Positions 27,342 through 36,752 of a stretch of DNA of 64,000 nucleotides are shown here, in pieces. Below the pieces are notes generated by a model that made no database searches, was not told where the DNA came from, and worked only from the letters and a program-made list of their open reading frames with translations. Each line of letters opens with the position of its first letter. The first letter of the stretch is position 1. Made by a program: the position numbers and the translations under genes. Source of the DNA: an uncultured Alistipes sp. (lineage in GTDB: Bacteria; Bacteroidota; Bacteroidia; Bacteroidales; UBA932); NCBI GenBank assembly GCA_900544195.1, contig UQUJ01000001.1, positions 45,342 through 109,341 of the forward strand, read 5' to 3'.

Positions 27342-27565
27342 AGTTTTATGCTGAAGTTATGGCTGGAGATATAAGTCTGGATCTCATCCAAGATGTAATC
27401 CTTGCTTTGTGTATGCAGAGAATCGTAACTTGGATAAAGGAATCCGGAGATTGCTCCTATGTCATTCAGTTTATTGAATATTACAGAACCTGACACTCCA
27501 AGGCGATCCGCAAGATTCTCAATGCAGAACACCACAAATTCTGTTGCCCGTTCTTTTTGGCTCAT
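27338..27565 (-). CDS. Small protein, DUF3791-like (first gene of overlapping triad)
   Basis: 75 aa; ATGA overlap with the downstream gene. Confidence 0.55.
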   Translation of the reverse strand: MSQKERATEFVVFCIENLADRLGVSGSVIFNKLNDIGAISGFLYPSYDSLHTQSKDYILDEIQTYISSHNFSIKL

Positions 27566-27969
27566 ATTCTTTCAATTTCCGCAAACTTAATCATTATTAT
27601 GGAAATTAACAATATGATTCATTTCACTCTTCCCTGTGTTCCTCCGGGACTGTCGAATCTCTGAAGTGCGAATCTTCAGCTTAAGACTATTTGAGGCTGT
27701 GCGCTATGAATGCTTGATAATGAATGCTTTAAGGCTTTGCCTTTGGCTTGATTCAACTGAAGGCGAATGCCTATTCCATTGACTATTAGTGTTTTGAATC
27801 GCACTGGCTGATATTGAGGCGGTGGCGGATAAGTGCTTGAATATCAATAAGAAAAACTTTGTCCTGGTGTCGAATATCGCACTAGGACAATGCTTAATAT
27901 GTTTATAATTAATGCTTTAAGCGCCACGGGGTTTGGTGCCCTGCCCACCCACTCTTACTTTACATTTGC

Positions 27970-28296
27970 CTAGATGTCCTTCTTCACGGCTGAGACATTC
28001 TGATCCTTGCCGAACATAGGACTGTATTTTCCTCTCGGGATGTCATTGAATATGTACGCATTGGCTTTTCTCGCGGCAACGATGTGGTCTGTGGTGGCGG
28101 TGACAATGGCGGATGCCGCAAGATCTATCAAGGCTCCTAAGACTCCACCTCCGCTGCTATTTTGCGACAGATCCAGATGAAGATCACAGGTCCTGTCAAA
28201 GATGATTTCGTTTGTCTTTGCCGACTTGATAAAATACCGGATTTTGGTGTCGATCCCGAAACCGCTCTTCGTCCATTTGTCTATCTGTGAGAACAC
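27970..28296 (-). CDS. Hypothetical small protein
   Basis: 108-aa ORF 58 bp downstream of cls on the same strand; Gly/Ala-rich segment SGGGVLGALIDLAASAIVTA; no family recognised. Confidence 0.35.
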   Translation of the reverse strand: MFSQIDKWTKSGFGIDTKIRYFIKSAKTNEIIFDRTCDLHLDLSQNSSGGGVLGALIDLAASAIVTATTDHIVAARKANAYIFNDIPRGKYSPMFGKDQNVSAVKKDI

Positions 28297-28353
28297 TACC
28301 GCATCGGCATGTGGTCTGAAGGCAGGCTGATTCGGCAGGAGGCAACGGAAGTC

Positions 28354-29964
28354 CTACAGCAGCGGAGCGAACAACCTCATGATACTTTCGATGATGTGGG
28401 AGTACCATGGGCGGGCACTCCATTCCTCGATGGTCAGCTCGTGGCATTGACGGAGGTCGTACATGAATATTCCTTTGTTCATCAGGGCGGTCTGCTCGTC
28501 GTAGATGTAGGAGTTGACCTCGTAGTTGATGGCGAAGCTGCGGAAGTCCAGATTGGCGGAACCTATGCTGGAGAGGTAGTCGTCGCTGACGAATGTCTTG
28601 GCATGGATGAACTCTCCTTTGCGCAGGAATATTCTTACGCCGGCTTGCAGGGCCTCTTCGTAATAGGCTCTGTTGGCCGGGCGCATGAGGATGTTGTCGG
28701 CCACTTCCGGGAGCATCAGACGGACATCGACTCCACAGAGGGCGGCTGTCTTGAGGGCGTCCATGACAGGCTCGGTCGGCACGAAGTACGGGGTTTGGAG
28801 ATAGATGTACTTTTTGGCGTGCTGCAAGGCCCATTCGTAGCTCAGCTGGAGGATCGGGAGCGGCAGGTCCGGTTCGTCCGGGACTATCTGGATAAGTTTG
28901 TTCCTGAGCGTCGGGTGGGTGGCATGGAAATCGATCTCTTGTTCTGTTGTCAAATCGTTTTCTCTGGTCGCTGAGCTTATCTTTCCAGTCGCTGGACTTC
29001 CCTTTCCGGTCTCTGGGCTTGTCGAAGCGACATTGTTCAGGATTAGAGACCCTTGTGAGGTCACTTCGGCAGGCTCAGTGGCCGGGGCAACTTTCTTCGC
29101 CATCGGGTAGAACTCAGTCATCGCCTTGTCAATCGTCCCGCCACCCGTCAGCCAGGAGTCCAAAAACGTGTACTGGAGCACGGCCACGGCGTCGCCCGTG
29201 ATGCGCATGTGCGTGTCCCTCCACAGACGGAAATAGTGGTCGTTTATATTCATGCCTCCAGTGTAGCCTATCTTTCCGTCAATCACGACTATCTTCCTGT
29301 GGTTCCGGTAATTGAGTTTCGTGGCCAGATCCAGGACGTGCATTCTTGGGTTGGTGAACTTCACAACCTCGACCCCGGCTTTCCTCATGTCATTGTAGTA
29401 GGCCGCCGCGATCGGGAAATTCGCGATGTTCTCGTACAGGAATCTGACTTTGACCCCTTCCCGGGCCTTCTGCATAAGAAGCCGTTTGATCGCCTTGCTG
29501 CCCTTGTCGTTGCCGAAATGGAAATATTCAATGTGGATTGACTCCTTGGCCGCCAGTATGTCCTCGCGCAGCAGGTCGAACTTCCGCTGCCCACTGGTGA
29601 TGACCTCGATGTCATTGCCGGATGTGACAGAAGGGTAGTGTTCCGCGCCCAAAAGTCTGGCAAGCGGGCGGAATTCCTCACGGATTTTCTCCTCGTTGTC
29701 GTGCCCGAAAAGGATTCTGTTCAGCTCAGGAGTCGTGCCGGCCTCGAAGATGTCCCTGTACCTCTGGTGCCGGCGGTAGAAGATCCAGTGATGTCGGTAG
29801 TTGATACCGAACATCAGGTAGAGAGCCAGTCCGACGACCGGAAGCACGGCTATGATCAGCAGCCATGCGAATTTCCTTCCCGAATCCCCCTTGTCAACCA
29901 GAATGACCGTGAAGACACTGAGGATCAAGAGAACATAAAGCCCTGTGAGAAACCACTGCAACAT
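28354..29964 (-). CDS. cls: Cardiolipin synthase (phospholipase D superfamily, two HKD motifs)
   Basis: Two N-terminal TM helices; HKD motif 1 (HRKIVVIDGKIGYTGGMNI) and motif 2 (HAKTFVSDDYLSSIGSANLD); a long low-complexity linker lies between the PLD domains. Confidence 0.85.
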   Translation of the reverse strand: MLQWFLTGLYVLLILSVFTVILVDKGDSGRKFAWLLIIAVLPVVGLALYLMFGINYRHHWIFYRRHQRYRDIFEAGTTPELNRILFGHDNEEKIREEFRPLARLLGAEHYPSVTSGNDIEVITSGQRKFDLLREDILAAKESIHIEYFHFGNDKGSKAIKRLLMQKAREGVKVRFLYENIANFPIAAAYYNDMRKAGVEVVKFTNPRMHVLDLATKLNYRNHRKIVVIDGKIGYTGGMNINDHYFRLWRDTHMRITGDAVAVLQYTFLDSWLTGGGTIDKAMTEFYPMAKKVAPATEPAEVTSQGSLILNNVASTSPETGKGSPATGKISSATRENDLTTEQEIDFHATHPTLRNKLIQIVPDEPDLPLPILQLSYEWALQHAKKYIYLQTPYFVPTEPVMDALKTAALCGVDVRLMLPEVADNILMRPANRAYYEEALQAGVRIFLRKGEFIHAKTFVSDDYLSSIGSANLDFRSFAINYEVNSYIYDEQTALMNKGIFMYDLRQCHELTIEEWSARPWYSHIIESIMRLFAPLL

Positions 29965-29970
29965 ATTCAG

Positions 29971-31293
29971 TTAAACTAATTTTCCGATGAGAGTGGCGGA
30001 GGTGCAAGACAGCACCTTGACATCCACATAGTCTCCGGCCTTGTGGCCACAGCCCGGGAACACGCACATCTTGTTGCTGCCCGAACGGCCGCATAACTCA
30101 TCCGGATTCTTCTTTGACGGCCCTTCCACGAGAACCTTGAAAGTCTTGCCGATGTCATTCTGGTTGCTTTTCAGGCTCAGTTCGCTCTGCAGGGCGATGA
30201 TCTCGTTCAACCTTCTGGTCTTGACATCGAGCGGGACATCGTCCGGATAGTGTCTTGCCGCGAGCGTCCCCGGCCTTTCGGAGTAGTAGAACATGTAGGC
30301 ATAGTCGAACCCGACCTTGCGGAACAGTTCAAGTGTCTGCTGATGATCCTCTTCTGTCTCGGAGCAGAATCCGGCGATCACGTCCGTGGTGATCCCGCAA
30401 CCTGGCAGCACTTCACGGATCTTCGCCACACGCTCAAGGTACCATTCGGCGGTGTAGCGTCTCCTCATCTTCTCCAGAAGCCTGTCGCTGCCGGACTGGA
30501 CCGGCAGATGAATATGATTGCAGATGTTGTCGTACCTTGCCATCGTCCCGATCAGCTCATCGCTGATGTCCTTGGGATGATTGGTGGCGAAACGGACTCT
30601 GAGCCCGGGACTGATCCGTGCGACCATCTCCAACAGTTTCGGAAAGTCACATCCTTCCCCCTCGGCCGGTTTCCAGTTGTAGGAATCCACGTTCTGGCCG
30701 AGCAGGGTGACTTCCTTGTACCCTTTGCCGAAAACATCACGGGCTTCATTCACAATTGTTTGCGGATCCCTGCTCCTTTCAGCTCCCCTTGTGTAAGGCA
30801 CGACACAGTACGAGCAGACGTTGTTGCATCCTCTCATGATCGAGATGAAGGCTGAGACTCCGTTCCTGTCGGTCCTGACCGGAACGATGTCCGCGTAGGT
30901 CTCCTCGTGGGAGAGCATCACGTTGATCTGTGGCTTGTCCGGTGCTATGTCCTTCAGAAGCGCCGGAAGCGTCCTGTAGGAGTCCGGACCGGCCACAAGA
31001 TCCACCTTGTGGGTGTCCAGCAACTTGTCCTTCAGCCTCTCGGCCATGCAGCCGACGATCCCCACGACCACGCCTGACCTCTTTTCCTTCTGTTTGTGGA
31101 ACACCTCTATGCGTCCCCATATTCTTTGCTCGGCATTGTCTCTGACGGAACATGTGTTGGCGAGGATGACATCGGCCTCGTCCATTGATTCTGTGCGTTC
31201 GTAGCCCTCTTTCCCGAGTATCGAGAAAATCACCTCCGAGTCGCCGACGTTCATCTGGCAACCGTAGGTCTCTATGTAAATCTTCTTGCTCAT
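29971..31293 (-). CDS. miaB: tRNA-2-methylthio-N6-dimethylallyladenosine synthase (radical SAM methylthiotransferase)
   Basis: MSKKIYIETYGCQMN start (MTTase N-domain), CxxxCxxC radical-SAM cluster (CNNVCSYC), C-terminal TRAM domain. Start placed at the MSKK Met. Confidence 0.88.
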   Translation of the reverse strand: MSKKIYIETYGCQMNVGDSEVIFSILGKEGYERTESMDEADVILANTCSVRDNAEQRIWGRIEVFHKQKEKRSGVVVGIVGCMAERLKDKLLDTHKVDLVAGPDSYRTLPALLKDIAPDKPQINVMLSHEETYADIVPVRTDRNGVSAFISIMRGCNNVCSYCVVPYTRGAERSRDPQTIVNEARDVFGKGYKEVTLLGQNVDSYNWKPAEGEGCDFPKLLEMVARISPGLRVRFATNHPKDISDELIGTMARYDNICNHIHLPVQSGSDRLLEKMRRRYTAEWYLERVAKIREVLPGCGITTDVIAGFCSETEEDHQQTLELFRKVGFDYAYMFYYSERPGTLAARHYPDDVPLDVKTRRLNEIIALQSELSLKSNQNDIGKTFKVLVEGPSKKNPDELCGRSGSNKMCVFPGCGHKAGDYVDVKVLSCTSATLIGKLV

Positions 31294-31662
31294 GTCTGAT
31301 TCAACTCTCACTTGTAGGCAAATACCTATTGTTTTTACAACCTTATCTCATGTTCGAAGGTGATTTCCCACCCTCGTCAATTCACGTTACCCCCTCCCTA
31401 AATCCTCCCCTCGGGGGAGGGACTTGCTTTCACCCTTTCACCGCAAGCGGTGAAGAAAATAGGTTCTCGCAAATGCGAGACTTGTGTTCCTGATTATAAC
31501 AGTCTTCCGCAAAGATAGATAATTATCCTTGAATAATGGCTTGGTGATGTTCGTCAAATCTGCTGTGGCATGATTTTATGATGGTTCGCAGATTCTGTCA
31601 AATCCATTCGGTGATGCTTATTATGGATTTTTTTCTATCTTTGTGGTAATAGTGTTGATAAA

Positions 31663-32142
31663 ATGGAGACAATAAAGAGAAATATTTCGGGCATTCTCAT
31701 CGCTTTGCTGGCGTGTGCCATCCTGTCCGGATGCTCCGGGCTGTCGAAGGTCAAAGACATCAAGGTGACCTCGTGCGGTCTGGAGTCATATTCATTGAAA
31801 GGACTGCGCTCGATAGACGCTGTGCTTGCCGTAGGGATTGACAACCCTACGTTCGCGTTCAAGGTGATGGATGTCAGCGGGGTCGTGAAGTACAACGGAG
31901 AGGATTTCGCTACCTACACGGCGGACACGGTCAGCGTGGACAAGAAATGCTCCAAGGTCTATGACATGCCTTGCACGGCGACCTTGAATGACGGGATAAG
32001 CCTGATGAAACTGATGCAGATAGTAAAAAAAGGCAATCTTGAGGGGTTCACGACTGACGTGACGGCGACGGTAAAACTCAAGAGCGGCGCGGGGAAGACT
32101 TTCAGGTTCAAGAATATAGACCTTAATAAAATGACTGAGTAG
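31663..32142 (+). CDS. Lipoprotein, LEA_2 / WHy-like beta-sandwich domain
   Basis: Lipobox LSGCSG; 159 aa; alternating beta-strand pattern typical of LEA14-like domains. Confidence 0.5.
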   Translation: METIKRNISGILIALLACAILSGCSGLSKVKDIKVTSCGLESYSLKGLRSIDAVLAVGIDNPTFAFKVMDVSGVVKYNGEDFATYTADTVSVDKKCSKVYDMPCTATLNDGISLMKLMQIVKKGNLEGFTTDVTATVKLKSGAGKTFRFKNIDLNKMTE

Positions 32143-32146
32143 ATTT

Positions 32147-32707
32147 ATGAATATTTTGGTTCGAAAGATTCTTGCCGTTTTGTTGACTGTCATGGCGTCC
32201 GCTTGCCTGATGATGGCTCAGGACATCCGGGAGGGGAAAGACTCGGTGATATATAGACAGAGCGCCTCCATGGATTCAACTCTGGTGGGGAAGGACATAT
32301 TCAGACTTCTTTCCGCCAACGGTGTGGATGGGTCAAATGTGACCGTGCGTCAGTCCCGGCATATTCTTGATGCCTTTGAATCGCATGTGGCGGCCAATCC
32401 GGCCAGGACATCGACAGGCTTCCGCGTCAGGATATTCAATGACAACAAGCAGACTTCGAGGAATGATTCCGAGGCGGCTTTGGACCGCTTCAAAGGGATG
32501 TTCCCGGGAATCTCGGTATATCGGACATATTCCAACCCGTTCTTCAGGGTCACGGTCGGGGATTTCCGCACCAAGTCCGAGGCCATGCAGCTTCTTCAGC
32601 AGGTCAAAGGGGCTTTCCCGACCGCATTCATCGTAAAGGAGACAATCGGCTATCCTGTGGTTGACCGGTTCCATTCCTACACAGTAGAGACCGTTAATCA
32701 GGAATAA
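32147..32707 (+). CDS. SPOR-domain (peptidoglycan-binding) protein
   Basis: Signal peptide; C-terminal FRVRIF....EA......GMFPGISVYRTYSNPFFRVTVGDF.TKSEA......VK is a canonical SPOR domain. Confidence 0.75.
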   Translation: MNILVRKILAVLLTVMASACLMMAQDIREGKDSVIYRQSASMDSTLVGKDIFRLLSANGVDGSNVTVRQSRHILDAFESHVAANPARTSTGFRVRIFNDNKQTSRNDSEAALDRFKGMFPGISVYRTYSNPFFRVTVGDFRTKSEAMQLLQQVKGAFPTAFIVKETIGYPVVDRFHSYTVETVNQE

Positions 32708-32710
32708 GTT

Positions 32711-34123
32711 ATGCTCAAGCAAGGACTCGAACTCAAACAGACTCAGAAACTTTCCCCGCTTCAGATCCAGACTATCAAGCTTATCGAGCTGCCGATTCAG
32801 GAGCTGGAGCAGAAGGTTAAGGCTGAGCTTGAGGACAATCCGGTGCTGGACGATTCTCCGGCTCCGGAAAAGAACGAGGACAATGACGAGCCAAAGGACA
32901 TCTCCATCGACGAGATCGATGAGAATGATCCGATTCCGGCCTACAAGCTTCATGTGAACAATTACGGCAAGGACGAGCGGCCGCAGTACAGCACATTCTC
33001 GGTCAAGGAGAGTTTCACTCAGAGTCTGATGGAGCAGCTGGGCTACCGCAACCTGTCGAAGCATGACCACGATGTGGCGGCGTTCATCATCGGCAGTCTG
33101 GACAGCGACGGCTACCTTCGCCGGGACATTGACAGCATTGTGGATGACCTTGCTTTCAGGGCGAACATCGAATCAAGCCCGGAGGAGGTTCTGAATATGT
33201 TGAAGGTGATTCAGGAGTTCGAGCCGGCGGGGGTAGGTGCCAGAGATCTGCGCGAGTGCCTTCTTCTTCAGCTTAAGGCTCAGAAACAGACCAAGCTTGT
33301 GCAGACGGCAGAGACCATACTCACGGACTATTTCTCAGAGTTCTCCAACCGGCATTTTCAGAAAATCATCACGAAGCTCGGATTGAGTGAGGAGGACATG
33401 AAGGCTGTGATGGCAAGGATCGTCAAACTTAATCCAGCTCCAGGCGGGCAGATTGACGATTCGTACAATGATCAGGCTCAGCAGATTGTGCCGGATTTCG
33501 TGCTGGACATCGTGGACGGGGAGCTGAGACTGTCGATGCCTCGCTTCAACATTCCTGAGATCCGGGTGAACCGCAAGTACGCCGAGCTTCTCGCCGATGC
33601 GCAAGGCTCTTCGGACAGGCAGAAAAAGGAGGCGGCGACGTTTGTCAAGCAGAAACTGGATTCGGCCAAGTGGTTTGTGGAGGCTTTGAAGCAGCGTTAC
33701 AACACATTGGAGAGTACGATGAAAGCCATCATCGACTACCAGCATGACTATTTCATGGACGGGGATGAGTCTCATCTCAGGCCTATGGTCTTGAAGGACA
33801 TAGCCGAGAGGACCGGTTTTGACATCTCGACGATTTCCAGAGTCGTGAACAGCAAGTACATCGAGACGCATTTCGGGATTTATCCGCTGAAATATTTCTT
33901 CTCGGAGGGTCTTGAGAATCAGGATGGGGAGGAGGTTTCGACCCGTGAGCTGAAGAAGGCTCTTCGTGAGTGTGTGGATGCTGAGAACAAGCGCAAGCCT
34001 TTGACCGACGATCAGTTGGTGGCTGAGATGAACAAGCGTGGCTATAAGGTGGCGCGCCGCACGATCGCCAAGTACCGTGACCAGCTCGACATCCCTAAGG
34101 CCCGCCTCCGCAAGGAGTTGTGA
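32711..34123 (+). CDS. rpoN: RNA polymerase sigma-54 factor
   Basis: N-terminal region I (MLKQGLELKQTQKLSPLQIQTIKLIELP), C-terminal HTH and RpoN box (ARRTIAKYRDQL). Confidence 0.92.
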   Translation: MLKQGLELKQTQKLSPLQIQTIKLIELPIQELEQKVKAELEDNPVLDDSPAPEKNEDNDEPKDISIDEIDENDPIPAYKLHVNNYGKDERPQYSTFSVKESFTQSLMEQLGYRNLSKHDHDVAAFIIGSLDSDGYLRRDIDSIVDDLAFRANIESSPEEVLNMLKVIQEFEPAGVGARDLRECLLLQLKAQKQTKLVQTAETILTDYFSEFSNRHFQKIITKLGLSEEDMKAVMARIVKLNPAPGGQIDDSYNDQAQQIVPDFVLDIVDGELRLSMPRFNIPEIRVNRKYAELLADAQGSSDRQKKEAATFVKQKLDSAKWFVEALKQRYNTLESTMKAIIDYQHDYFMDGDESHLRPMVLKDIAERTGFDISTISRVVNSKYIETHFGIYPLKYFFSEGLENQDGEEVSTRELKKALRECVDAENKRKPLTDDQLVAEMNKRGYKVARRTIAKYRDQLDIPKARLRKEL

Positions 34124-34126
34124 AAT

Positions 34127-34780
34127 CTACAACTTCGCGCCGTAGGCGAGGTCGCCCGCGTCACCAAGGCCCGGGACGATGTACGAGTGGCTTGTCAGCT
34201 CCTCATCGACGGCGGCGGTCCAGAGGGTCGTGTTCTCCGGAAGGTGCTTCTGGAGGAACTCGATGGCGTAGATGCTGGCGATAGGGCAGACAAAGTGGGT
34301 GTGGACTGGATCTCCGCCTTCATCAACAAGCTTATGATAGGCGATTTCAATCGACGCTCCGGTCGCAAGCATGGTGTCGGCGATGATGAGAGTCTTGCCA
34401 GTCAGGTCAGGGCAGGTGCAGTACTCCACATTGATGTGGAACTCGTCTCCCTTGTCGTACTTCCTGAAGGCCGCGATGAATGCGTTCTCTGCGCCGTCAA
34501 ACACATCGAGGATGCCTTTGTGGAGTGGCAGTCCGGCGCGCAGGATGGTGGAAACCACAATCTTCGCGTCGCAAGTGCGGACTCTGGCCGTGGCAAGAGG
34601 GGTGATGACATCCTTCGGGCTGTAATCCAGGACCTTGCTTAGCTCGTAGGCAAAGATGTGCCCCAACCTTTCAAGGTTGTAACGGAAACGGAGGCTGTCT
34701 TTCTGAACGGTTTTGTCACGCATCTGCGCGACGATGTTGTTGAGGACCGAATCGGTCTCGCCAAGATTGATGACTTTCAT
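34127..34780 (-). CDS. upp: Uracil phosphoribosyltransferase
   Basis: 217 aa, PRPP-binding motif (LIIADTMLATGAS) and the UPRTase C-terminal block. Confidence 0.85.
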   Translation of the reverse strand: MKVINLGETDSVLNNIVAQMRDKTVQKDSLRFRYNLERLGHIFAYELSKVLDYSPKDVITPLATARVRTCDAKIVVSTILRAGLPLHKGILDVFDGAENAFIAAFRKYDKGDEFHINVEYCTCPDLTGKTLIIADTMLATGASIEIAYHKLVDEGGDPVHTHFVCPIASIYAIEFLQKHLPENTTLWTAAVDEELTSHSYIVPGLGDAGDLAYGAKL

Positions 34781-34827
34781 TGGTTTCTCGAAATTGATTT
34801 TCGAGAATCAAAAGTAGGGATTTATTT

Positions 34828-35535
34828 CTATACCTGCAAGTTTTTTCTTTCCGCCATCGTCACCCTGTCGTCGGCGAAGCTGAAGTAGCAGTCATCGCAG
34901 ATTATTATGTGGTCGAGGAGGGATATGTCGAAGGTGTTCGCGGCCTTTTTCATGCGCTCGGTCTCGGTCAGGTCGTTGTGTCCGGGACGAGGGTTTCCGG
35001 ACGGGTGATTGTGCACCATGACCATCGCGCTGGCTCTCTTGTCCAAGGCCATCCTGACCACAAGCCTTGGATCGACGATAGTGGCAGAGATCCCTCCAAG
35101 GCTGATCATTTCCTTGTGGATGATGAAGTTGGCTCTGTTCAGGAGGATGATCCAGAATTCCTCGTGATCCAGCCCTTTGAGGCGGGGAAGCATCATCTTG
35201 AACACGATGTCGGCATCGGTCAGCGGAATTTTCTCTATTCCGGGATCTTCAAGACAGCATCTTTTCCCGAGTTCAAACGCGGCTGCGATCGCGGTGTACC
35301 GGACGCTGCCGATTCCTCCGATCTCTTTCATCCGCCCGGCGTCCATGTCGGCGATCATGGACAGTTTCCCTTCGTTGGCTGCCAGCAGTCTGTTCGCAAC
35401 TTCGAGGACGTTTTCCTTCTGTGTCCCGGAACCGATCAGTATGGCGAGCAGTTCAGCGTTGCTCATGGCGCCAGCTCCTTTGGCGAGCATCTTTTCCCGT
35501 GGCCTTTCGTCCACGCAGATTTCTTTGATTTTCAT
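34828..35535 (-). CDS. radC: RadC-family JAB-domain protein
   Basis: HhH N-region (LSNAELLAILIGSG), JAMM motif HNHPSG.P.PS..D. Confidence 0.85.
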   Translation of the reverse strand: MKIKEICVDERPREKMLAKGAGAMSNAELLAILIGSGTQKENVLEVANRLLAANEGKLSMIADMDAGRMKEIGGIGSVRYTAIAAAFELGKRCCLEDPGIEKIPLTDADIVFKMMLPRLKGLDHEEFWIILLNRANFIIHKEMISLGGISATIVDPRLVVRMALDKRASAMVMVHNHPSGNPRPGHNDLTETERMKKAANTFDISLLDHIIICDDCYFSFADDRVTMAERKNLQV

Positions 35536-35789
35536 AGTTTGTTACTTTTTGTGGCGGGTGTCCGGGAATATGCCGACGCGCTTGCCGACATATTCTTTAT
35601 CGCCGCATGTTCAATGCCGGCAATATAGGTATAGCAAACGGAAAAAAAGTTAAGAAACATAAATGTCTCCTAACTTTTTTCTGTTTTTTATGGAAATTTC
35701 TGTTTTTTATAGGCTATCCCTGCCACTTCGGCAAACTCACCGCATGGTGTGGTCGCTGAACCTGTTGAAGCGCCTGCCGAAGCGCCTGC

Positions 35790-36740
35790 CTACTTCCTTT
35801 CCAGAACCTTCTTTGCGGCCTCGACGATGTGTGGGGCATCAATTCCGTAAGCGGCGAGAAGTTCGGACGGAGTTCCGCTCTGGCCGAACTCGTCACGTCC
35901 GTTGACATATTCAATCGGCTTAGGGGAGGTGGCGGCAAGCACTCCGGCGATCAGTTCGCCAAGGCCACCGGCCATGTTGTGCTCCTCGGCGACAACCACG
36001 GCTCCGGTCTTGATTGCGGAGGCGATGACTGTCTTGGTGTCGAGCGGCTTGATGGTCGCCACATTGATGACCTCGGCACAGATTCCATCGGCTTCAAGAG
36101 CCTCGGCAGCCTGAAGGGCCTCCCAAACCATGTGCCCGGTGGCGAAGATGGTGACATCCTTGCCTTCGTTCAGGACGTAAGCCTTTCCGATTTCGAACGG
36201 CTCGTCAGGTGTGAAGTCGGCGACCTTCGGACGGCCGAAACGCAGATAGACAGGGCCGTCATATTTGGCTGCGGCGATCGTCGCGTTCTTTGTCTGCGTC
36301 CAGTCGCAAGGGTTGATCACAACCATTCCCGGAAGAGCGCGCATCAGGGCGATGTCCTCCATTGTCTGGTGGGTGGCACCGTCCTCACCGAGGGTGATTC
36401 CGGCGTGAGAGGATGCGATCTTGACGTTGGTCTTGCCGTAGCAGACCTCCATTCGGATCTGGTCGTAAACACGTCCGGTGACGAACTCGGCGAACGATCC
36501 GGCGAACGGAATCTTGCCGGTGAGGGCCATGCCTGAAGCCACGCCGATCATGTTGGACTCGGCGATGCCGCATTCGTAATATCTCTCCGGGAACTCGGCC
36601 GCGAAAGCGTCCATCTTGAGTGAGCCCTTGAGGTCGGCGGTCAACGCCACGACTCTTGAGTCAGCCTTTCCGGCTTCGAGAAGGCCGGCTCCGAAACCGC
36701 TGCGGGTGTCCTTCTTGCCCTTATCTGTATATTTCTTCAT
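35790..36740 (-). CDS. Transketolase, C-terminal (pyrimidine-binding + C-terminal domain) subunit
   Basis: 316 aa; Pyr-domain blocks (ECGIAE.NM.GVA.G.A, ..FA.F); paired with the N-terminal subunit immediately upstream. Confidence 0.85.
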   Translation of the reverse strand: MKKYTDKGKKDTRSGFGAGLLEAGKADSRVVALTADLKGSLKMDAFAAEFPERYYECGIAESNMIGVASGMALTGKIPFAGSFAEFVTGRVYDQIRMEVCYGKTNVKIASSHAGITLGEDGATHQTMEDIALMRALPGMVVINPCDWTQTKNATIAAAKYDGPVYLRFGRPKVADFTPDEPFEIGKAYVLNEGKDVTIFATGHMVWEALQAAEALEADGICAEVINVATIKPLDTKTVIASAIKTGAVVVAEEHNMAGGLGELIAGVLAATSPKPIEYVNGRDEFGQSGTPSELLAAYGIDAPHIVEAAKKVLERK

Positions 36741-36752
36741 AATATTCGTGAA

